Shown one piece after another: positions 28,586-38,020 of a stretch of DNA of 64,000 bases. The notes under the pieces were generated by a model, which was not told the origin of the DNA, did no database searches, and saw only the letters and a list, made by a program, of their open reading frames with translations. The stretch is taken from assembly GCA_041659325.1 (NCBI GenBank), contig JBAZYN010000002.1:64513-128512 (forward strand), in the 5' to 3' direction. The stretch's first letter is position 1; the number at the start of each line of letters is the position of its first letter. A program made the translations under genes and the position numbers. Source of the stretch: Candidatus Shapirobacteria bacterium. GTDB taxonomy: Bacteria > Patescibacteriota > Microgenomatia > UBA12405.

Positions 28586-28954
28586 TTAAGGCTTGACTTC
28601 CATAAAAACAATATGGCCCGCCCGGTCGTTTTCGTTGATGGAAATCTCATTGTCGGAAGCATTAAACATTTCCAGAGTAATAGTGCCCTCAAACCCCGGG
28701 TCGATAAACATGCTTCCCAGGTGGGTCATCATTCCCTGTTTTGATATTTTGGCGCAACCATCGTAAAACCCAGCGATATGGGCAGGTAATGAAACTTTCT
28801 CTTTTGAATTTGTTATCCGGAACTCTTTGGGTTTAAGAACAAATGTTTCTGAAAAATGAATTTTTATAGATGCTTCTTTGACTTGCGGGGTCGGCTGAAT
28901 CTTTAATTCTCCACTATCCAGTAATTTATTAATTTGGTTGCCGCTTAGTATCAT
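28586..28954 (-). CDS. short dCTP deaminase / trimeric dUTPase-fold protein
   Basis: MILS...I, E..SLP, FIDPGFEGTITLEMFN. Confidence 0.8.
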   Translation of the reverse strand: MILSGNQINKLLDSGELKIQPTPQVKEASIKIHFSETFVLKPKEFRITNSKEKVSLPAHIAGFYDGCAKISKQGMMTHLGSMFIDPGFEGTITLEMFNASDNEISINENDRAGHIVFMEVKP

Positions 28955-28993
28955 GTGGATTTATTATAAATCCAAACTTACGATATATTGTTA

Positions 28994-29052
28994 ATATAAT
29001 AGGTTCTAACAGCGTAGTTTCGCTGACTAACAGCAAGTCATTGGTTTGCTGC
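28994..29052 (+). repeat. cassette-boundary repeat 5 (23-nt insert)
   Basis: atataataggttctaacagcgt-agtttcgctgactaacagcaagt-cattggtttgctgc. Confidence 0.8.
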
Positions 29053-29062
29053 AGTAAGACAA

Positions 29063-29764
29063 ATGATAAAACTTAACCAAGAAAATAAAAAATATTGGCA
29101 AAAATATAAGACAGGAGAAATTCCTTCCGTGCCAAATTTACCGCCAACAACCTTACTAGATAATATCCATGGGCCAATTTTAGATATAGGCACGGGTGAC
29201 GGAGCCTTGGCGGAACAACTTGCAGTACAGGGCCATGAGGTTGAAGCGATAGATCTTGCCGAGAACATAGTCCGGGCGAATATGACAAGAAACTCAAAAG
29301 TTCGATATTCGCTTCAAGATATTACTCAGGGAACAAATTTTGATGGGGCATATTTTGATTTGGCAATATTTCGATTCACATTAACTAACATTCACAAAGA
29401 ATCGTGGAGAGAATTGGGAGTGGAGATTAATAGAATATTGAAACCGACAGGGAAAGTGTGGATTCTTGAACCTTTGGTTTCAGAAAGCTACCGACGAAGA
29501 TATCTTTTAGCATCCAAATTTATTGACGAGCCTCATTGTGTATATGTTTTTAAGGATAAGGAACTTGCTGAAAAAATTAACACTGAGGCTAAATTAAAAC
29601 AAGCACTGGCTAATGATTTGGTAAGCAGAATAGTGAAACACTATACGATTGATGAGTTAAAAAGTATTTTCAACACTTTAAAACTTAACGACCATAGGGT
29701 GATAGAAATTATATCCCCTTCCGGATTTATTATTAAAACATTTGAAGGGGTGTTTTCAAAATAA
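29063..29764 (+). CDS. class I SAM-dependent methyltransferase
   Basis: ILDIGTGDG, EAIDLA, RILKPTG; stop codon lies inside repeat 6. Confidence 0.9.
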   Translation: MIKLNQENKKYWQKYKTGEIPSVPNLPPTTLLDNIHGPILDIGTGDGALAEQLAVQGHEVEAIDLAENIVRANMTRNSKVRYSLQDITQGTNFDGAYFDLAIFRFTLTNIHKESWRELGVEINRILKPTGKVWILEPLVSESYRRRYLLASKFIDEPHCVYVFKDKELAEKINTEAKLKQALANDLVSRIVKHYTIDELKSIFNTLKLNDHRVIEIISPSGFIIKTFEGVFSK

Positions 29765-29819
29765 AATAGGTTCTAATTATGTAGTTCGGCAGGCTCACTA
29801 CAAGTCAATGGTTCGCCGC
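29761..29819 (+). repeat. cassette-boundary repeat 6 (23-nt insert)
   Basis: ataaaataggttctaattatgt-agttcggcaggctcactacaagt-caatggttcgccgc. Confidence 0.9.
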
Positions 29820-29854
29820 TCAATCAACCCCCCGGGGTCTTAGGGATTTTTTAG

Positions 29855-30697
29855 TTAACTTATTCTAATCAATATGGCGCCGACAGTTGCAGAGATAACC
29901 GCGATTATCTTTGTAACGAGATTCTCACGTTCGTTCAATAAAAAATGCTCACCTATTAATGTAATCACGAGGAAGCTCTCAATTATCACCAACACTTTAC
30001 TGGCTTCTCCCAAGGATAACCCCTGATTCATTGCCAGATTTGCTAGTCCGCCCAGGGCACAACCTACAAATACCATCTTAAAATTACCTTTGGCCAGTGT
30101 ACCAATCCTTTTGATTGAATTTGGCATAATCAGTAAATTTATTACCATTGGTATAAAAAAAATAAAAAACGTCAGACTCTGAGAGTTGAATGAAGAAAAT
30201 AAAAATTTGTATAAAATAATAACCGTTGCATAAAATATTGTGGCCCCAAAAGCGTATGCCACACCTCGCATATCTTTTGGTTTCAAAAACTTTTTCATAA
30301 TAATAACTCCCGATATTACCGTCAATAAAGTTCCCATAATCTTAAACAAATTGGAAGATTCATGAAGGATAATAATCCCCAGTAGCATTACCCATACCAG
30401 CCTAAACTTTGTAATTGATCCACCCACTGATGGGGAAATATATTTTGAGGAAACAAAATTTAGCAAATTTTGTATCACAATCAGAATCCCTACCACCAAT
30501 ATGATCAGCCATGATTGAAACTGAGTGCCAAATCTTGGCTGAAGTAGCATAAAAGGCAAGCTAACCAGGGTCCCCACCGCGCTAAAAAAGAAAGAAAAAG
30601 CCCAAGCATCGTTATTATCTTTTTTGAGGATATGCCTTGTGATTAAATTAGACCCCGTGTAAAGTAAACCGGAAAGTAAAGCAAAAAAAAGCCACAT
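29855..30697 (-). CDS. EamA/DMT family transporter
   Basis: About 10 TM segments in two repeats; start MWLFFALLS. Confidence 0.85.
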   Translation of the reverse strand: MWLFFALLSGLLYTGSNLITRHILKKDNNDAWAFSFFFSAVGTLVSLPFMLLQPRFGTQFQSWLIILVVGILIVIQNLLNFVSSKYISPSVGGSITKFRLVWVMLLGIIILHESSNLFKIMGTLLTVISGVIIMKKFLKPKDMRGVAYAFGATIFYATVIILYKFLFSSFNSQSLTFFIFFIPMVINLLIMPNSIKRIGTLAKGNFKMVFVGCALGGLANLAMNQGLSLGEASKVLVIIESFLVITLIGEHFLLNERENLVTKIIAVISATVGAILIRIS

Positions 30698-30791
30698 AAT
30701 TAAGTTAATTGTACACCTCGCTTTTAACAAAAAAAGGTTCGAGCATCGTTTCACACTTTTCGCCCGTGTTGTCGGCAAGGTATAATTGGCC

Positions 30792-31427
30792 ATGGATGAC
30801 ACCATTGTTGTAAATGTCGTTTTCAATATTGAGAATCCGTTGCATGATGACATAGTGGAAATTTCACTTGAAATCAGAGATAAGTATGGTTCAGACTGGT
30901 TTGTAGATGACCAACGATATTTTCTTCACCATCCACTTTACCTATTTGCCGCTCCCAAAAAGAATGAGCGAAAAATTATTGAAATCTCAAAAAAATTTCT
31001 GAAAAGTTTGAGTAAAGTTGACGTGACCATTGAGAATTTGTTTTTCAATCAATCAGGATTAGTTATGATTAAGTTCAATGACAATAAACAGATATATGAT
31101 TATCATTGCCAGTCCCTGGATTTGTTCAATCCCCTACGGGAGGGGTTGGTAAGAGAAAAATACCGAAATCAAAGTTTTGTCCAAACATTGGAGAAGGATG
31201 AACAGAAAAAGTTAAAAGAATATGGCCATATCTATGTTCTTGATCGCTATGAACCACATGTGACAATAGCCCGGATTAGGGATTTAGACGTATGTCAACA
31301 AATCGTAAATGAATATCGAGAACGATTGGTCGGAAAGCAATCCAGTATTAACAAACTACAAGTTCACGAAGCGGTGTTTGGACCGGAAGGGAAAAGTGTT
31401 TTAATAGTCGATGAAGCCATAAAATAG
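30792..31427 (+). CDS. 2H phosphoesterase-like protein
   Basis: HHPLY...YEPHVTIAR; stop codon lies inside repeat 7. Confidence 0.6.
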   Translation: MDDTIVVNVVFNIENPLHDDIVEISLEIRDKYGSDWFVDDQRYFLHHPLYLFAAPKKNERKIIEISKKFLKSLSKVDVTIENLFFNQSGLVMIKFNDNKQIYDYHCQSLDLFNPLREGLVREKYRNQSFVQTLEKDEQKKLKEYGHIYVLDRYEPHVTIARIRDLDVCQQIVNEYRERLVGKQSSINKLQVHEAVFGPEGKSVLIVDEAIK

Positions 31428-32383
31428 GCTCTGACTACATCAGCCAAATCGGGTTCCTTAATGTTTAGATCTTCAACCGGAAGATGTGAGTAAATTTCGA
31501 TGGCTTTTTGTTTAGCGAGTTCCTTTGGAACTTGGATAATAGCTCGAGGGTAGTTTAGTTCTTTTACTTCCCCGATCAGCTCGAGCTCTTTTCTTGAAAC
31601 TTGTTTTTCTAAGGTAATTTCAAAAGTTTTATGATAAGTATATTTTTTAACCAGATCTTTTAGACAGCCATCAAAAACAATCTGGCCTTTATTGATCATA
31701 ATCACCCGTTTACACAGGGCTTTAACATCTTCCATATAGTGAGAAGTCAGGATAATAGTTGATTTAAATTCCTGATTAAAATCTTTTACAAAACTACGAA
31801 TACGTTCCTGCATAACGACATCCAACCCAATAGTGGGTTCATCTAAAAATAAAACTTCAGGAGAATGAATCAGAGCGGCGATCAATTCGGCTTTCATTCT
31901 TTCACCCAATGACAATTTTCGAACCGGGATGTCCATGAGGTGGCGAAACTCGAGCATATCTAATAAACGATTTAGTGTCTTGTTAAAAGAATCAGAAGGA
32001 ACCTGATAGATTTCTTTATTAAGCTGAAAAGTTTCTTGGGCAGGAAGATCCCACCAAAGTTGATTTTTCTGACCCATAACTAAACTCATCCTTTTTAAGT
32101 AATCCCGTTTTCTTTCCCAGGGGGTGTAGCCCAAGATTGAGATTTGTCCTGATGTTGGATAAAGTAAACCGCTTAAGACTTTAAGGGTGGTGGTTTTGCC
32201 GGCCCCATTGGGACCAATAAAACCAACCAACTCACCTTTTTCAATTTCGAATGAAACATCTTTAACGGCCTCGACCGAAACTGTTTTTTTCTTGATAAAG
32301 GACTTTAATGAGCCAATTAAACCGGGTTCCTTTTTGTCGGTTCGATAGGTTTTGACTAAATGATTTACTTTAATAGTTGGCAT
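31364..32383 (-). CDS. ABC transporter ATP-binding protein
   Basis: GPNGAGKTT, LSLGERMK, FLDEPTIGLD. Confidence 0.93.
   Translation of the reverse strand: MPTIKVNHLVKTYRTDKKEPGLIGSLKSFIKKKTVSVEAVKDVSFEIEKGELVGFIGPNGAGKTTTLKVLSGLLYPTSGQISILGYTPWERKRDYLKRMSLVMGQKNQLWWDLPAQETFQLNKEIYQVPSDSFNKTLNRLLDMLEFRHLMDIPVRKLSLGERMKAELIAALIHSPEVLFLDEPTIGLDVVMQERIRSFVKDFNQEFKSTIILTSHYMEDVKALCKRVIMINKGQIVFDGCLKDLVKKYTYHKTFEITLEKQVSRKELELIGEVKELNYPRAIIQVPKELAKQKAIEIYSHLPVEDLNIKEPDLADVVRAYFMASSTIKTLFPSGPNTAS
31418..31442 (+). repeat. cassette-boundary repeat 7 (left part only)
   Basis: cataaaataggctctgactacatca matches the consensus at 21/25; all four differences are transitions. Confidence 0.7.
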
Positions 32384-32385
32384 AG

Positions 32386-33198
32386 TTATGAGCTGGCACT
32401 AGTATAACGTTTAAGCGACCAAAACCAGAACCACCGCGTGAAACAGAAAAAGATTATTCCAACAACGATGGCATAGAAAAATTTAAGAGTAGATTGTTGG
32501 CCCATGATAGCTTCGGCAGGAAAAGTGGTAAACAAAATTATGGGTATAAGTGAAGAAAAGACGTATTCCAAATTTTTTGGATAAGCACTACCAGGAAATT
32601 TGGAAACTTCAGCCAAATCGGGTACCGCATAAAATAAATTGTCAGCAAGAATAAAGTGAATACTTAGAGAGGCGGCAAAGAACCAAATGGAATAATAAAG
32701 GGATAAACTAACAGCGGTGAGGATAAAATATTTTATAACATCAAAAGGTGATGGAGCAACATTCATAGCGGTCAAGGCATAGATAACAACAATGAAACCT
32801 TCAATCACCCCGCACATAGCATTGAGAATAACCCGGCGGAAAGAAACGAAGAATTGACTGTCTAGTGGTTTAATAAGCACATAATCAAGGTCACCTTTGT
32901 GAACATCATTTACCACCTGTTTCATGTTGCGATAAAAGAAAAAGTAAGCCAGACCGTTATTAATCATCCAGGAACCAATAAGTAACAACATTTGGCTTTT
33001 GTCCCAGCCGCCAAAACCGCCAGTAACTGAGTTTAAGACTAAGATTAAAACCAGAGAATAATTGACCCATCCAACACTGGAAACTAAGTTACTAATAAAG
33101 TCCAAACGATAGGCCATGTCTCTTTGGATCGAGTGTTTGGCTAATGAAAGAAATATTTTTAGGTGGGTTTTACCGTCTTTTAAAAACTGCTTAATCAT
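32386..33198 (-). CDS. ABC-2 family permease (DUF990-like)
   Basis: Multi-TM; GDLDYVLIKPLD; ends RYTSASS. Confidence 0.88.
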   Translation of the reverse strand: MIKQFLKDGKTHLKIFLSLAKHSIQRDMAYRLDFISNLVSSVGWVNYSLVLILVLNSVTGGFGGWDKSQMLLLIGSWMINNGLAYFFFYRNMKQVVNDVHKGDLDYVLIKPLDSQFFVSFRRVILNAMCGVIEGFIVVIYALTAMNVAPSPFDVIKYFILTAVSLSLYYSIWFFAASLSIHFILADNLFYAVPDLAEVSKFPGSAYPKNLEYVFSSLIPIILFTTFPAEAIMGQQSTLKFFYAIVVGIIFFCFTRWFWFWSLKRYTSASS

Positions 33199-33986
33199 AG
33201 CCCGACTCCGGAAAACTTTTTTATACCTGCTTGCCAATTTAGGTTATAAAGAAAAAACAGAATAATGGTCCAAAGTAGTTGAATGCCCAGTCCAATTAAG
33301 ATATCGGGGAGAGCATATTTTCCAATTAATACCTGGACTGGAAAATAGATAGTGTATTTAAGTGGAGTAAAGTCAATGATCTGACGAACAACTAATGGAA
33401 AAAATGTTAAAGGGAAAGCGGAACCGGTAAAGAGAATTCTAATCATATCCGATAAGTTGCTTATGCCAGTTGTCTCAGTAAGATGAAAAGCCAGTGTTCC
33501 AATTAATATCGACATGGTAAAACTGAGAAAATAAGAGCCGATGACAGCAACAAGACCTAATAAGATAGTTAAGATATCCGGGGCTAGTTTAATATCAACT
33601 TTGGCGATCAATAGAATTAATATGAGAGGAACAGCAAAAACCAATAACTTAACGGTGTGCCAGGCTATCTCCCAAGATAAACGATAAGCAAAATAATTAA
33701 AAGGTTTGATTACAAAATTAGATAATTCGCCATCTTTTATATCATCAGTAACATTGACTTGGACCCGGGAACTAATAAGGGTAACTATCACGGTAACAAT
33801 ATAGTAGCCGAGTAATTCCTGATAAGTGAATCCTCTAACTTTTCCACCGGAAGCATAATATTTACTCCAGATAGCAATCATGACCAGAGGAGTAGAAGTG
33901 TTGATGAAAGCGTATGTAAAAATTCTAGCCCGATAAATCAGTGCTCTTTGAAGTGTGCTAGTAAAAATTAACCAATAGCATTTCAT
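33195..33986 (-). CDS. ABC-2 family permease (DUF990-like)
   Basis: Multi-TM; DIKDGELSNFVIKP. Confidence 0.88.
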   Translation of the reverse strand: MKCYWLIFTSTLQRALIYRARIFTYAFINTSTPLVMIAIWSKYYASGGKVRGFTYQELLGYYIVTVIVTLISSRVQVNVTDDIKDGELSNFVIKPFNYFAYRLSWEIAWHTVKLLVFAVPLILILLIAKVDIKLAPDILTILLGLVAVIGSYFLSFTMSILIGTLAFHLTETTGISNLSDMIRILFTGSAFPLTFFPLVVRQIIDFTPLKYTIYFPVQVLIGKYALPDILIGLGIQLLWTIILFFLYNLNWQAGIKKFSGVGL

Positions 33987-34061
33987 GACGAGTGAAGTAT
34001 ATCACCGTAAAAATGTGTTTACGGGTTGGATGATAAGTAGACCGACAAGATATAATTAGCC

Positions 34062-34589
34062 ATGGTTGAAACTCATCCGTTTGGAAGCTTTGTGCCTAAG
34101 AATTGTCAGTTTTTGTTTTTGGGAACTTTTACAGCCAAAGTAGATGACCCATCATATGATTGGTTTTTTACATCGAAAAGAAACCAATTTTGGATAATAA
34201 TGACAGAAGTTTACGGGATCAAATTGACAAACAAAAAAGAAAAGGAAAATCTATTTACAGAGCTAAAAATGGCGATAACTGACATTATTCTTCAATGTGA
34301 GCGAAGCGAAAATACGAACGCTGATAATAATTTGATCAATATGGTTTTTAATGTAAAAGTTATAAATAAGATTATTACGGAAAACAATATAGAAACGATC
34401 TTTTTTTCCAGTCGGATGGCGGAAAAATTGTTTAAGAATAATTTCAAAGAAATAAAAATAAAGTTCCCTCAAATTAATTTTGTGACATTGCCTTCATCTT
34501 CTCCAAGATATGCAGCGATGACAAAATTAGAAAAAATCAGATATTACAAGGAGTTGCTACCAAAGTTGAACTCATTAAATAGGTTTTAA
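34062..34589 (+). CDS. uracil-DNA glycosylase superfamily protein
   Basis: HPF..FLFLGTF..FFTSKRNQFW..TLPSSSP; stop codon lies inside repeat 8. Confidence 0.85.
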   Translation: MVETHPFGSFVPKNCQFLFLGTFTAKVDDPSYDWFFTSKRNQFWIIMTEVYGIKLTNKKEKENLFTELKMAITDIILQCERSENTNADNNLINMVFNVKVINKIITENNIETIFFSSRMAEKLFKNNFKEIKIKFPQINFVTLPSSSPRYAAMTKLEKIRYYKELLPKLNSLNRF

Positions 34590-34632
34590 TTACGTAATTC
34601 AACAGGTTCACTATAAATCGATGGTTCGCCAC
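34573..34632 (+). repeat. cassette-boundary repeat 8 (23-nt insert)
   Basis: cattaaataggttttaattacgt-aattcaacaggttcactataaat-cgatggttcgccac. Confidence 0.8.
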
Positions 34633-34649
34633 ACTGATATAATAATCTA

Positions 34650-35087
34650 ATGATAATTCATTTCGTATGTTTGGGAAATATTTACAGAAGTCGATTGGCT
34701 GAGGCATATCTTAACTCAAAAAAATTACCCAATGTCTCAGTTATCTCCTCAGGCATAAGCGCGTCCGAAAATAATAATCGACCAATTTCTTGGTTAACGC
34801 AGAGACTTTATGAAGTCTATAAACTAGTGCCCTTTCAAAAATCTAATTGGGCGCAAACCTCAAAGGTTTTACTTGACTCGGCTGACCTAACCATATTTTT
34901 TGATAATAAGTACTACCAATATTGTGTTGAAAATTTTGGATTTAATTCGGATAATTTTGAAATTTGGGAGATTGCTGACCTTGATGGAAACATAAAAGAA
35001 CATTTAGAAAAAATTAAAATAACAGAAGACTCGTTTAGGGTGATAAAGGAAAGAGTAGATAATTTGATTGAGCGGAGAAAGTTCTAG
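34650..35087 (+). CDS. low-molecular-weight phosphatase (LMW-PTP/ArsC fold)
   Basis: FVCLGNIYRSRLAEA. Confidence 0.88.
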   Translation: MIIHFVCLGNIYRSRLAEAYLNSKKLPNVSVISSGISASENNNRPISWLTQRLYEVYKLVPFQKSNWAQTSKVLLDSADLTIFFDNKYYQYCVENFGFNSDNFEIWEIADLDGNIKEHLEKIKITEDSFRVIKERVDNLIERRKF

Positions 35088-35126
35088 CTGTAGAAAAGAA
35101 GAGGATCTGTTGGTTTTAGTATAATA

Positions 35127-35657
35127 ATGGCGATGATCGTATTTATTAATGGTTCTTTTGGGGTTGGTAAATCATCGGTTGCCGAACTTCTGGCAAAAAA
35201 GATCCCCAACAGTCTCTTGTATGATGCGGAAGAGGTGGGGTATATGCTCCGAAAGATAGGCAAACCAATGGGCTTTCCTGAAGATTTTCAAGATTTACCG
35301 GCCTGGCGAATACTTACGGTAAAAACAGCTGAACTCCTTAAGCAAGAGTACAACAAAAATTTAATAATGCCTCTGTGTGTTTGGAATGAAATGTACATTG
35401 ATGAAATTGTTTCTGGCTTAAAAGCTATAGACAAATATGTTTATCATTTCTGCCTGGTGGCCGACAGGGAAACCATCCTAAAAAGGCATAGCAATAGAAA
35501 TGATTCTTTGGAAGTGACTAAGTGGGTACACGAGAGAGTGGATAAATGTTTAAAATCTCATCGGTCACCAAAGTTTGAGGTTAAAGTTCAAACTGAAAAT
35601 AAATCGGCAGAGGAGGTGGCAGAGGAGATAGTTTCACTTTTGGGAAGCAAAAAATAG
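35127..35657 (+). CDS. P-loop kinase (TmrB-like)
   Basis: INGSFGVGKSS, YDAEEVG, DFQDLPAWR. Confidence 0.8.
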   Translation: MAMIVFINGSFGVGKSSVAELLAKKIPNSLLYDAEEVGYMLRKIGKPMGFPEDFQDLPAWRILTVKTAELLKQEYNKNLIMPLCVWNEMYIDEIVSGLKAIDKYVYHFCLVADRETILKRHSNRNDSLEVTKWVHERVDKCLKSHRSPKFEVKVQTENKSAEEVAEEIVSLLGSKK

Positions 35658-35740
35658 ATTCATATATTATCAGGGCTGTGGTAACTTTCGGTGAGGCTTC
35701 AAAATTGATTGTTTAATTTGATACAATGGCTTTTGAGGAT

Positions 35741-37036
35741 ATGAAGAAATTGGTGTTGATAATTTTGAGCGTGCTATCTGTACTGGTTGCTAACTCCGTA
35801 CATGCGGTTGATCACCCACAGGGTAATTTTGTTTTGGCGGGGGGCAAAATCCGGATGACGGACGAGGCTGACCCGTTTGAAAGAATCGATAAGACTTTTT
35901 TTGCATCAATCATTGTCCCGGTAAAAGACGGAGAAATTAATTTTTTTAATACCAGACCAATCGATTTGGAGAGCGGTAGTCAGCACTTTGTCGGCAAAAT
36001 GGAGCTTAGTTTGAAGGGGAACTATGACAAGGAAACCGGTGTCATCAGTGCAAATTTCACTCAAAGCAATGAAAACTCCTATGAAAGAAAAACAGGTAAC
36101 GGAATACGGGTGGGTAGTGGTACTTCTGTTTTTGTGGGCACGGCCAAGGGAACAGTTATCGATAATCAGGTAGTACTGTCTTTTGAGGGAAAACTATCGG
36201 GCGAGTCCGTCTCTGAGGCAAATGACAAGCATGTGGATAATAATTCTTCTAATAATGTTCCTTGGGTAAAGAAAGTAGAGTTTGGAACTAGTGAATGGGT
36301 GGTACAGGCGGAAGAGGAAAAACAGGAGGCTGGAGAACCGCCCAGAGATTCGGGAATAAGAATGTCTGATGTATCAGGCCAGGTAGAAATCGCCTGCCCT
36401 CCCGACCTTGAGGCATGGGATGTACTGAAAATGGGCAGGGTTCTATATGTTGATTGTCATATTAAAACAGGAGAAAACAGCAAGGCGGTAATATCTTTCC
36501 CTGATATGACCACTTTTGAAATGAAGCCGGAGTCAGAAATAGTTTTGGACACTCCTCCGGAAAAAGATTCTAAATTAAAACTTTTGGCCGGGAATATATG
36601 GGCGAATGTTAAAAAAATGGTGAAAGACGGGACGATGGAGGTCCATATGGGTCAGGCGGTGGCGGGAATTAAGGGGACGACTTTTGTGCTGGAAGAAAGA
36701 GAAAATATGTCAACTCTGAAGGTGATTGAGGGGGGGGTGGCTTTTAAGTCTAAAGTCACAAATGATGAAAAATCGGTCAATCCGGGGGAAATGCTGTCGG
36801 CTACCAGTGCCGGGCTTGGAGAAATAAAGACATTTGATGTGGCAAGTGAAAGTGCTTTGTGGGAAAGTAACAAGCCGACAGCGGAGACAAACAAGAACAC
36901 TGACATTGGATCGACTTTGACTGAAAATACAGTTGATAAATCCGACGGGAAAAACTACACTCTACCGATAGCCGGTCTGGTAGTTTTCGGAATAGGTGGG
37001 TTTGTATTTCTTAAAAGAAAGCAATCTCGGTTATAG
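35741..37036 (+). CDS. exported FecR-domain protein with C-terminal membrane anchor
   Basis: Signal peptide; IKTGENSKAVI..AVAGIKGTTF..VIEG; C-terminal TM followed by KRK. Confidence 0.75.
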   Translation: MKKLVLIILSVLSVLVANSVHAVDHPQGNFVLAGGKIRMTDEADPFERIDKTFFASIIVPVKDGEINFFNTRPIDLESGSQHFVGKMELSLKGNYDKETGVISANFTQSNENSYERKTGNGIRVGSGTSVFVGTAKGTVIDNQVVLSFEGKLSGESVSEANDKHVDNNSSNNVPWVKKVEFGTSEWVVQAEEEKQEAGEPPRDSGIRMSDVSGQVEIACPPDLEAWDVLKMGRVLYVDCHIKTGENSKAVISFPDMTTFEMKPESEIVLDTPPEKDSKLKLLAGNIWANVKKMVKDGTMEVHMGQAVAGIKGTTFVLEERENMSTLKVIEGGVAFKSKVTNDEKSVNPGEMLSATSAGLGEIKTFDVASESALWESNKPTAETNKNTDIGSTLTENTVDKSDGKNYTLPIAGLVVFGIGGFVFLKRKQSRL

Positions 37037-37077
37037 GGCTAAAAGGGGGCAAACAGAGTAGTTTTGACTGGTATAAT

Positions 37078-37947
37078 TTGAATGTGTCGTCAATATTTTT
37101 TGCTTGGGTTGCCGCTATCGCTTATGGTTTTTATTCTATTGTCGCCAAGTTAATCGGTGAATATAAACTTAAAAACACTTATCAATTCTCATTTTTTGTC
37201 ACCTTTTTTAGTGGTGTTGTTATGGCGATTGTATCTTATATCTACGGCGGAAGAATCCCTTCTAACTGGACCTATATTCTACTTGCCGCTATGTTCCTGG
37301 CGCTCGGAAATGCTCTTTACTTGTCCGCACTAAAAGTTTTAGATATTTCGGTTATGTCTCCACTCTTCAATTTACGGGTTGACAGTACAGCTCTGCTTGG
37401 GTTTCTCGTTTTGGGAGAGACTTTTTCATTGAAATCATTGAGTATAATCATTGTTATTTTTATTGCAGGATTTTTTTCTTCAATGGATGAAAAGTTTTCC
37501 ATTAAGTCATTTTTTGCTAAAAATATTGGTTTGGGCCTCTTTTTTATGTTGGTTCTTTCCATCCAATCGATATTTATTAACCGCGCCATAGACCAAACCA
37601 CTTATTGGACGGCGATACTTTGGATAAGCATTATGGCTGTCATTTTTTCCTTTGTCTTTCTTTATCCAAAATTCAAACATGACTTACGACGGACTAAAAC
37701 TAAAGATTACTTGGGAGTAGGGGTGTTGGCCATTATTGGTGGAGTTGGCGATCTTGCCGCTTTCAAAGCTTATGAAAGCAATGTCGGGTTGTCTTCGGTG
37801 ATTATTTCCCTACCGATTTCTATGATTATTGTTTTTATTCTTTCGATTTGGAAACCAACACTTTTAGAAAAACACTCCTTAAAAGTTTATTTCGTTCGGT
37901 TTGTTGCGGCTGGAACCATGATTTGGGGAGCGTTGCAACTCGGATAA
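37078..37947 (+). CDS. EamA/DMT family transporter
   Basis: About 10 TM segments; LDISVMSPLFNLR. Confidence 0.85.
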   Translation: MNVSSIFFAWVAAIAYGFYSIVAKLIGEYKLKNTYQFSFFVTFFSGVVMAIVSYIYGGRIPSNWTYILLAAMFLALGNALYLSALKVLDISVMSPLFNLRVDSTALLGFLVLGETFSLKSLSIIIVIFIAGFFSSMDEKFSIKSFFAKNIGLGLFFMLVLSIQSIFINRAIDQTTYWTAILWISIMAVIFSFVFLYPKFKHDLRRTKTKDYLGVGVLAIIGGVGDLAAFKAYESNVGLSSVIISLPISMIIVFILSIWKPTLLEKHSLKVYFVRFVAAGTMIWGALQLG

Positions 37948-37953
37948 AGTTCG

Positions 37954-37988
37954 TTAAAATAGGTTTAACTGCGTGAATGGTTCGCCGC
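37954..37988 (+). repeat. cassette-boundary repeat 9
   Basis: ttaaaataggtttaactgcgtgaatggttcgccgc. Confidence 0.88.
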
Positions 37989-38020
37989 ACGAATTAAATG
38001 GTTTGATAAAATCAAGTATT

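Noticed and set aside
36962-37036. LPIAG as a sortase LPxTG signal on the FecR protein
   Set aside because: It lacks the Thr and runs directly into the TM helix; no sortase is in view.
14202-37988. Boundary repeats as classical integron attC sites (contain TAAC...GTT)
   Set aside because: Only about 10 or 33-35 nt separate AAC and GTT, the flanks are not complementary, there are no L boxes, and no IntI is present.
14202-37988. Boundary repeats as XerC/D dif or pdif sites (CATAA-N6-TT)
   Set aside because: Sequence left of CATAA is not conserved, the right arm does not resemble TTATGTTAAAT, and copies are direct rather than inverted pairs.
37973-38020. ORF-track start of the SDR gene inside repeat 9
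   Set aside because: The SDR fold begins at ATG 38021; the upstream GTG is part of the repeat.
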